DNA of 64,000 nt from Callorhinchus milii (Eukaryota), in assembly GCF_018977255.1 (NCBI RefSeq), contig NW_024704762.1:6262001-6326000 (forward strand). Reading direction: 5' to 3'. The position numbers were made by a program, and so were the translations under genes. This document shows positions 54,701 through 64,000 of this stretch, in pieces (the stretch's first letter is position 1; every line of letters starts with the position of its first letter). The notes under the pieces are model-generated. The model was given only the letters and a program-made list of their open reading frames with translations. It had not been told where the DNA came from and made no database searches.

Positions 54701-55302
54701 CATGTTAGATCATCTGCCTTCGTGTTGCTTGACTTTTTAATGATCTGTATTATCGGAAACCACCTGGGAGACGATAAGCCAAATTGGAAATCCCCAGCAG
54801 CTCATTTATAAAGTGCAAAACCTTCCGTTTGTTTCCTGATTCTGACTTGACTACGAAAATGAAACTAGCTTTGGCTTACTTTCAAGAAACCCTGCCATCA
54901 AAATATTACAGCTATGGTACTACAAAATAAATCGTTGCTATCAAAAAGGTCAAATCTTCCCAATGAGGGTCGACTACTGCAGGTCAAACATTTTTGTAGC
55001 CTTTCTCAAAAGCCAAAGCAAATCTCTTTGTTAAGCTGAACGGCAGAAATTGTGCCTTTGAGGTGTCTCTCTGATTGGGCTGGATGAAATTTTGCAAATA
55101 GAGAAAAATTAAGTATTTTTGACTGTTTGATTTTTTTTCCCCACATTTTCTACAGATCTCGAAGCTTACTGAGCGTGGGAACCTTGCAGTGCAAACGATA
55201 TTCAAGGTGTAAAGACAAATCAAAGTGTGTCTCGGGTGCATCTGGCTTGTTGCGAAGACTTAATTTTTCCTGCTTCTCATGGACAGTCACATAGGTTCAA
55301 AT

Positions 55303-58300
55303 ATGGCAGTGGCCTTGAAGCAGGTTTTCAACAAAGACAAGACATTTCGTCCCAAGCGCAAATTTGAGCAAGGCACCCAGAGGTTTGAGTTGCACAAGAA
55401 GGCACAGGCATCGCTGAACGCAGGTCTAGATTTGAAACTAGCAGTGCAACTCCCTTCAAATGAGGATCTCAATGACTGGGTAGCGGTCCATGTGGTGGAC
55501 TTCTTCAACCGCATCAATCTGATCTACGGGACTGTGTCTGAATTCTGCACTGCCTCCACCTGCCCTATAATGTCAGGAGGACCCAAGTACGAATACAGAT
55601 GGCAAGACGAAAGCAAGTACAGAAAACCCACCGCACTATCTGCTCCAAAGTACATGAGTCTCCTTATGGATTGGATTGAAACCCAAGTGAACAATGAAAA
55701 CATATTCCCAACTAATGTTGGTGAGTCGTAAAACCTTCTTTGAACATCTTCTTGCACTTTGTTGTTCAAATTGTTGTTTTCTTTGTAACAAAACCTCTCG
55801 ATAAAGCAATTATTGTAGCAGAGAGTTTATGAATGACTGCATTACTGCCTTGGGGCTGACCCTGTTATAAAGTGCCTGGTATAGCATTGCACTATAATGG
55901 TATGGCCTACACTTGGATTCTATTAAATTACTATACTTATCTAGCCAACTTGAAAGTGATTCCACTCAAATGTATTTGGGGGGTGGGAAAGGTTAAAGAG
56001 TCTGGATAGGAATGTAAACATACTAATTTAGAATTGCTGCAATAATAGTTAACCAGAAGGTAGTACTAAATTTCATTGGTATTTGTTTCTTTATAATAGT
56101 TTCAATATTGATCAGTTTGGGCGTAAGCCGTCTCGGCTTCATGTAAATAAAAGAAAATCACCTGTCTTACATGAATGGTAGCATTATCTATTGTTCTGAT
56201 CTGAAGTAACTTGGCCCATTAATTTTTTTATATATCATTTCTCTCAGGTACTCCTTTTCCAAAGAACTTCCAGCAAGTTTGCAAGAAGATCCTCTCCCGG
56301 CTTTTCCGTGTTTTTGTCCACGTCTACATCCACCACTTCGACCAAATTGGCAATATGGGAGCAGAGGCACACGTTAATACCTGTTATAAGCATTTTTACT
56401 ATTTTGTGACGGGATTCAACTTGATAGACAACAAAGAGTTAGAACCACTGGTATGTTACAGCAATATTTACTCGAACATTTAATTGATATAATTTAGTTT
56501 ATCCATAGAACGATAGTTTTTTAAATGTATGTGGAATAAGTACAACACTGCTGTGGCAATTGGCTGCCGCGTTTCGCCCACAAATATACGGTCAATTCAC
56601 TTTACAGTCTATTCTGTGAAGCACTTTGAGACGGCGAGAAGAGGTGAAAAAGCACTATATCAAATGCAAGGATTATTATTTTTATTATTAATTTTGTAAA
56701 GAGGTTGAAACCGTTGCAGTTCTGCCCCTCGGCTTAATTTAGGTTACAGGAAATGTGATGGAGAAACATTCAAGGCAGTTGAACTTCTTCTAGCATCGGT
56801 ATTGTACCCTACCTAGTGTTATAAAGCTCCAATGCTCTCTCTAAGTGCTATCTTACTTTGGAAGTGCACAATCTGTAACTATACTATTGGGTACTTTTGA
56901 CTCAATTGAATTGGACAAAATCTGATAAATTCTCGTTCATACCAATCTGTTAAACTAACATTTAGTGGGTAAATGTTTGCAGTGCAGTCGTTTGAGAATT
57001 ACATGCAGCGAAGATTCTAGTTGCACTAAAATTCTAGTAGCTGAACAACATATGGAATTTGAAGACTATTGTGGGCTTGGCGAAGAGGACGGTGTAGTTG
57101 GAAATCTCAGTCCTTTAGTACTCAATACTGTTTGTACCCATACAAATATATTTTTCTTATGGCTACCTTCCATTGTAAGCATTTAACAGTGAACTTTCTG
57201 AGGGATATTCAATGAGCTTCTCATCACAAGTATTCCTTGCAGCCTTTTAAGGCTTAGCTTATTTTGGGTTAATGTCCAATATATTCTCCTGAAGCCAGAT
57301 GAAGAATACTGATTTGTTCAGACATTTTTGTTTTGTTTTTGAGATACTAGATTTTGGCGTCACTTTATGACATAACCTCTTTATCTTGCCTCTATCTGTC
57401 TGTCTAACCTAACCTTAATTCTCTTATCTCATGTCAGCTTTTCTAAATCGTATATGTACCCGTCTGTTTTCTTTCTTGCAGTCTGATTCTGTCTTTCTGG
57501 CGATAGCTGCATAGGTCTTTGATCGTATTATCCGTTGCTCTGTTCTGCTCCTCTTATCTGGTGACCTCTCTTCCTCCGTGGTTTATGACAGTCTTACTCT
57601 CTGAAGCACTGTACATATTCTTGTGATGATCCTGCTATGTTCTGAGGTATATATTTTCATTATAATTATAATAAGAAGAATCCTTGCACTTATACAACAA
57701 CAACTTGCATTTATATAGCGCCCCTCATGCAGGGTAGCATCCCAGAGTAGCACCTTTCGCGTCATGAGGACATTTCAAAGCACTTCGCAGGATTTACAGT
57801 CAAATTTGCAATTTGTCTATCAAACCGTTGAGTGGAACAAAGTTTGTTGCTAAACTCTGGATAGGTTGAAATCTTTTGTGTGGTGAGTTTTCTCAGTCCT
57901 TAGTTGGGCCACACGGCAGCATACTGCCCATCTTGGCAAACCAGCACTAGAAACAATATTAGCATTCCACCGATCTTACCTTCTTTCAATGAATCATGCA
58001 GTGCTATTGACAGGATCAAAACAGGAACCTGTGAGGTGCTGGAGGTGAAACTATATCCCAGCATGCAATTACAAACTATCAAAAGAGCAAAGTACAGGGT
58101 TGAAGGATGTATGTCTGAATGTGCTGGGTTCAAATATACAGTGAATTGAATTGCTAATTCATACGCTGAATTGCTGCTTACCTCTTATTGGGTTAAAATG
58201 AGTATCAAAGCTCTGTCTCTGAATATCCCTGTTGCATATGATCGCATTAACCACAAAGCAATATCATTCAGGAAACAAAAAGCATCCCATACTGTTCTTA

Positions 58301-58763
58301 AATTTTGGAGTCCTGTGGCTCAGTGGTTAGAGCACTCACTTTGCAAGCAAGAGACCTGAGTTCAATTCCAGGCAGAGGGCGAAACCTTGGGCAAGTTTCC
58401 TTACTCCACACAGAGCCTAATAATAATCCCTCCAAAACCAAAAACAATAATAAATTGGTCATTTTCAATCTACGACTGTTTGTGGGACATTGCTGTGCGC
58501 AATTGGCTGCCGCGTTTGCCCACAAATATACAGTCAATTCACTTTACAGTGTATTCTGTGAAGTGCTTTGGGACGTCCTCCCGACGTGAAAAGCACTATA
58601 TCAAATGCAAGGATTATTGTTGTTATTATTAAATAATTGAGAAATGCTAAATGTTGTTTATTTTTCCAGAGAGTTTCAAATTTGTGGTTGTTAGCCACTA
58701 AAGTACTGTTTTTTCCTATTGTTTTCTTAACAGAAGGAGATGACCATGAGAATATGCCATTGA
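55303..58763 (+). CDS. MOB3A: MOB kinase activator 3A, 3 coding exons: 55303-55720, 56248-56450, 58734-58763; 216 aa (in-frame upstream ATG at 55279)
   Basis: [18 protein letters not shown]...[13 protein letters not shown]...FPTNVG|TPFPKNF...[12 protein letters not shown]...KELEPL|[16 protein letters not shown] and FPTNVG fit the 3A paralogue. GT-AG boundaries, 651 nt. Confidence 0.93.
58306..58630 (+). mobile_element. Full-length tRNA-headed SINE (short subfamily), last MOB3A intron
   Basis: Near-identical to 51394-51718. Confidence 0.9.
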
Positions 58764-59934
58764 AAGACTCGTGAGCGACCTGATGTTGGAAAAGGCTGAA
58801 TTAGTGTTTCTTCTCCATTGTTGATATACTTTTTTTCATCATCTTAACCAATTAAGATAAAAGCAGTTTGACTTCATTTGAACGTTATTTGCTGATATCG
58901 AGATCTGAAAGAGATAGGTGTCCAATGTGGAATTTTGCATGGACACAGACAGCAGTGGAGGTTTGCAGAAAAATCCCTTGACCGCTAACAGTTTACTGGG
59001 GCAACCCATTGTGTAAATGTCACCACTATAAATGACACAGTTCGGCGGCTGGCTGGTTCACGATAGGAATAAGAATCTGATGCTGGATTGACTTGTAGTT
59101 TTTCTGTAATGCCCTGTAGAGGGAAATATTCTGCTTGGCAAAGATTTCACTGGTTTGTATATTTTATTCAGGAAATTAATACTTCAGTACGTTCACATGA
59201 GTTTGAAATTAGCTGATGTCCAGCTAAGGTTGCTTAAGTGCTGAAAGCCCTGAGACAGTGTTTGACAATATTCTCATTATTCTTCTTGTGATCTAATAAT
59301 TATTGCACTTGGTTGAAGCGATTGTCACATTAGGAGTTTGTCTCAAAGCGCTTTAATTACGGGATTAACTAAAGTGTCGTGACTGTGTATTTTCTCAACG
59401 AATATAGGTTCTTATAAAATTGTGAAAATCAGCAAATTTAAAATACTTTGCCCAGCTCGAGTTTTCAGAGAAATTAAATCTACGTCCTTGATGGTACATA
59501 GAATATTTGTTTATATGCTTGTTCCAACTGAACAGAAAATACTAGTTCATGATTTTTTTTAAAAAAAGGTATTTAAAATGAACGATATACTTTTGTATTC
59601 TTCAATTCTTGTTTAAAACTAGTGTTATCGAATGTTATCATTCAAGGGAGTTTTGCATTCTTTGCAAAGACAACTGTGGTACAATGAAATCCTTTTGCAT
59701 TTTATACATTTTATGCTTTACCTCTCCAGCTTTGTACAGCATTGCTGTACTCTGACCTGTTGTCCAGATGGTTTCACGTCATCTTTCTTGCGTTTGGTTT
59801 TGTGACTGGGTTTTCTGACTACGTGATTATGCCGTAATGACATTAAAAAATTTAGATGTTTTCATTTGTGGTGTGATATTTTCCCCCCCTCCCCCCGAAT
59901 TCTCAGATTCGTTCAGATTTGTGTAACACCCTTC

Positions 59935-60330
59935 CACAGAACCACAGAAATTTACAGCACAGAAGAAGGCTATACGTCCCATCATGTTTAGACTAGCTTC
60001 TTTTAAGAGCAATCCTATCAGTCCCATTTACCTGATCTTATCCCGTACCCTTATAGTTTATTCCTTTTAAGATATTAATCTAGTTCCCTTTTGACAGCTA
60101 ATATGGATTCTGCCTCAACAACCACTCCCGGCAGGACATTCCATATCCTAATTACTGAAAAAATAAATTCCAACTTTGTCCATTTCCTAACTATCTTAAA
60201 TTGATGCCCTCTAAGTCACCGACTCACTGACCAGTGGAAATAATTTCTTCCTGTTGAATTCTTTCCAAACACTGCATAATTTTCAAGATATCTTATTGGG
60301 TCACCCCTCAACCTTCTTTGTCCAGGACTA
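59935..60330 (-). mobile_element. CR1-clade LINE 3' fragment
   Basis: cagcacagaagaaggctatacgtcccatcatg...tagttcccttttga...aggacattccatatcc; homologous to 7372-7580. Confidence 0.7.
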
Positions 60331-60664
60331 AGGCTGCAAGAGGCCAGTCTTTTCGATTTAAAGTATAGCCAAGAGCGAAGATTAGGATTACAACCGGTGA
60401 GGTGACTGAACTCGAGAAAATTAGGACCCAGTGACTCAAGTCGAGAAGGTAGAAGGGGGTTTTAAAACAAAATCTTCTGCCTTGGAGCATCAGAAAATGA
60501 ATGTGCATTTGTTCCACTCTTCTGCGATGGTGTTGAGCAGCCAGCAGGTAGGCTGAGACACAAGTACCTGTATTTTTATATCATAATAATAATCCTTGCA
60601 TTTGCTACAGCGCCTTATCACATCTTCGAGACGTGTTAAAACGTTTGACAGGATACACTGTAAA

Positions 60665-61216
60665 TTACGGTTACAGGAACTCCCTCCTCATCGGCCTTCC
60701 CAACTCTTCCCTTCTCGTGTACTCGTGTACTCTCGTGCACCAGGCTCTGTGACCCCATCACTCCCACCCTCGCCCAACTCCACTGGCTCCCCATCCCCCA
60801 GAGGATGGAGTTAAAGATCCTCGTCCTCACTTTCAAAGCCATCCATGGCCTTGCCCCCTCTACCTACCTTTCTGGCCTGCTGACTCCCTACCAACCTGCC
60901 AGTTCCCTCCATTCAGCGGGCTCCTGTCTGCTCCATGTCTCCCATCTGACCCGTCCTACCATCGGTGGCTGAGCTTTCAACCTCTCTGCCCCCACACTCT
61001 GGAACTCCATTCCACATTCATTTCACCTCGCTTCCTCCCTTGCCTCCTTCAAGGCCGGTCTCAAAGACCCTTCTCTTTGGTCGCCCTCCCACCTCTCTGG
61101 CTTCCCTCACCCCTACACTACCCCTCCCCATGCCCGGGCCCCGACACCTCACTGTTCAGCGCTTTGGGACGTCCCCCCGAAGTGAAAGGCGCTCTATAAA
61201 TGTAATTTTGTTGTTA
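60665..61216 (+). mobile_element. Degenerate L2 3' fragment nested inside a minus-strand SINE
   Basis: Clearly similar to 21270-21900 (ctccactggctccccatcccccagagg...ttcaaggccggtctcaa); same 3' stem-loop and TTG tail; TAAA on both sides. Confidence 0.85.
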
Positions 61217-63828
61217 TAAAGTGAATTGACTGCATTTTGTGGGCGAAACGCGGCAGCCAATTACGCTCAGCAATGTCAAAGACACCTAGCTTTAGCTTGT
61301 TGCCTCTCAAGATAACGTATCTAGAGGTGATTTCCAGTATATATATATATAATATATATAGATACAGTAACCTGTGCCATCACAGCATAAGGAAGTTGGT
61401 GGCCCAGAAAAGTCCGGCAAAGGGTTTTTATTGCTTTATGACACTGCGATTCAATGTAATTATTTTAATCTATCCAAAACAGCTTTGCACCACTGCCCTC
61501 CTGAAACCTTCCCAGAATGTGTTGTAATTGAAGTTGCATAAGAATGTCGGTAACAAGTGCCTGCCAGCTAAAAGCTGCCTCCGCCCAGTATCTTTTCTCC
61601 AATGTTCCTGTGCTATTGTGGGAGAAAAATAAACGACATTGGAAACTGTGATGAGGTTTGGTAATTTCCAAAGCTGAATTGTGATCAATTCCACCCACCC
61701 CATTTCTAAATGTACCGAAAACTAAGCACATGCGACAGTAAATTACATTTGGATAGCGCCTTTCACGTCAAGAGGATTGGCGATAAATATGCGATGTTTG
61801 AAGCACAGACAGCATCGCAATAGAACAATAATGTGGAACTCAATTTATTTGGGGTCCTTTGTAGAGTTGACGTGTAGAAAGTACACAAAATCTGCTCAAG
61901 ATTTTTATTGCAACCTCTTATTAGTGCAGAACTGTCCCTTTATCTATGTTTAACCAGCAGATGGCATATGGAGCCTACTGGAAGGTGCTCTCACAAGAGG
62001 TGAAGCCTGTTTGGGTGGTCACCATTAATACGCTTGCCAATATATCTAACCTATTAAAAGAGAAATATGATATATGGTTTAACTTTACAGCCATGTCTCT
62101 TTGTCAACAACAATTTAATGAGTGGACTGTATAGGGTGAGTATTGTGGAAGGAATGAGATCAAATGGGGAATCTGCCAACTATTAAATTCCACAGACTCA
62201 ATTTCTCCACGGGTGTTTTGGGTAAAACAGTGTCTGCTAAACCTTTACAAATCCACCTCCTTTCCGTTCCAACTGTTTCTGAACCTTTCTTTTTCATCCC
62301 AAATTCTCTCCTGAAGTTGGTTTGTAACTCATACTCCGTGGCCACTTGGAACCCTTAAATACCCATTTAATTTCCCCTGTTCTTGTCTGGGGGAAAAAAA
62401 ACCTCTTTGACCATAATTTTGGTCATCCCCTCCTTCCCCACCCCCACCCCCTCAGATGCCCTTCCAGCATTGTCAAGCACTTTGAGACGTCTTCCTGAGC
62501 TGAAAGCCATCATATAAATGTAAACTCCATTGCATTTGTGTAAGCTTTGATTGGGGGAAGCCAACAAGGGGAGGTTTTGCAACTACGTCTGAGTCTGATC
62601 TCGTCTTCAACCACTATGCGTACTTTCCAGCAGCAATCCTGATTATTTTCCCCGAGTCTAGCTTAACTGGGGTATTGGAGCCCAACTAGGAATTGAACAT
62701 TCTGAATAATTACATTCTGTACTGGGCGAGTTTGAATGCAACTTTCAATTTATTATTGTTATCTCAACCAATGCATGTTTACACATTGACAAATATGCTT
62801 AGACTTTAGCCAAAGTATTCCTCGCGGAAACAGCAGGCTGTCTCACCAATCCACTGCTCTCTCCGGTGTCCTGATCAACAATTCCTCGGATTCATTGGCT
62901 GCGCCTGTGCAAATTGGCTGCACTGGTTGCCTTTAACTGTGAGGTGCCTTGAGATATTTCAGTGTTATTGGAGCTACATGAACGGCAAAGATTATTCTGC
63001 TCATGGTAACCTTCTCGGTGCAGATGAGAGCATGAGTTCACCACATGTTAACTTGCAGGCGTGAACCTGCCACCAAATGTTGACACCCACCATTTACCAC
63101 ATGTGCCAACGTGCTGCTGCCTTGCCTTTCCAAGCCTTTCTGTAATCCAGCCGATTTATAAATGCAGCCGTGAATCCAATGCAACTTCAAGGCTTGCGCT
63201 CACTGCAGAGGTAACAGCAAAGGGAGGCTGCTGCTTTTGCGAAGGCTTTACAGAGCTCAAAATGACCCGAGCTGCAGAAATTCAAGTTTTTGAGCAAAGT
63301 GGCACAAACAAGCACGCAAAACAGTACATTCCCGAAGCTAAGCTTTGTGAGGAATGTGGTTTGGAAGTCAGTCCGTGGCCTGTGAAAGCTGTACAAGCAC
63401 TTCCTTTGTGATGTTTTGCGCTCTGTGTTCTATTGAGAGGTTATTTCCACGGTTCAAACCACATGTGTAGAGAAGAGGAAGGGGCTCACATCTTGATCAC
63501 ATCTCTGATGTCAAAATACTGCAAAGCGCTTTACAGTTCAGTACTTACTGTTAACTGTGTGAAGTTTTTTGTAGGCAAACTCAGGGGACCAATTTGCACA
63601 CAGCAAAGTCAATCACCAACCTATCTACCTACATCATGACTGTTTTTTGTGGGAATTAATCTGGAGGATTGGTGGACACCGAGAGAAACTGCCTTCTCTG
63701 TCCCCCCTCCTCAATGAAATGTCACCTGAGAAGATGACTTCAATTTGATTACAAGCCCTGGATATATTTTGATATCCACATCACAGACTAAATAATAGAT
63801 GCCACAAATTAAGCGCTTGTCTGTCAAC

Positions 63829-64000
63829 TCTGGCTCAGTTGCTAGCACTCTCGTCTCTGGGTAAGAAGGTTGTGGGACTTGGAATCACATCGTGTAAGCT
63901 GACACGCCAATGCCTTGCCAGGGAGGTGCTGCCCTTCGGATGAGACGTTAAACCGATAATCCTGTCTGCCTCTTCAGGTGGACATTAATGATCCCACGGC
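63829..64000 (+). mobile_element. 5' part of a DeuSINE-type SINE, running off the window
   Basis: tggctcagttgctagcactctcg...gaaggttgtggg...cggatgagacgttaaaccg...caggtggacattaatgatccc. Confidence 0.78.

Overview
Vertebrate genomic DNA, AT-rich, with spliceosomal introns and two assembly gaps (4410-4671, 49806-49950). The repeats (DeuSINE-type and tRNA-headed SINEs with (ATT)n tails, L2 and CR1 LINEs, a Penelope-type hairpin) suggest a cartilaginous fish such as a chimaera or shark (inference). Six spliced genes could be rebuilt by hand with GT-AG boundaries and consistent frames: SMIM24 (-), SMIM44 (-), DOHH (-), a two-exon PIF/Harbinger transposase-derived gene (-), FZR1/Cdh1 (+) and MOB3A (+). 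The most notable feature is the Harbinger-derived gene: an intact 425-aa ORF with a spliced N-terminal exon, no visible terminal inverted repeats, and altered catalytic residues (GD->GS, E->D). It lies between DOHH and FZR1, head-to-head with FZR1, and looks like a domesticated transposase distinct from canonical HARBI1. The first 12 kb has no recognisable exons. All calls are by eye; no searches were run.
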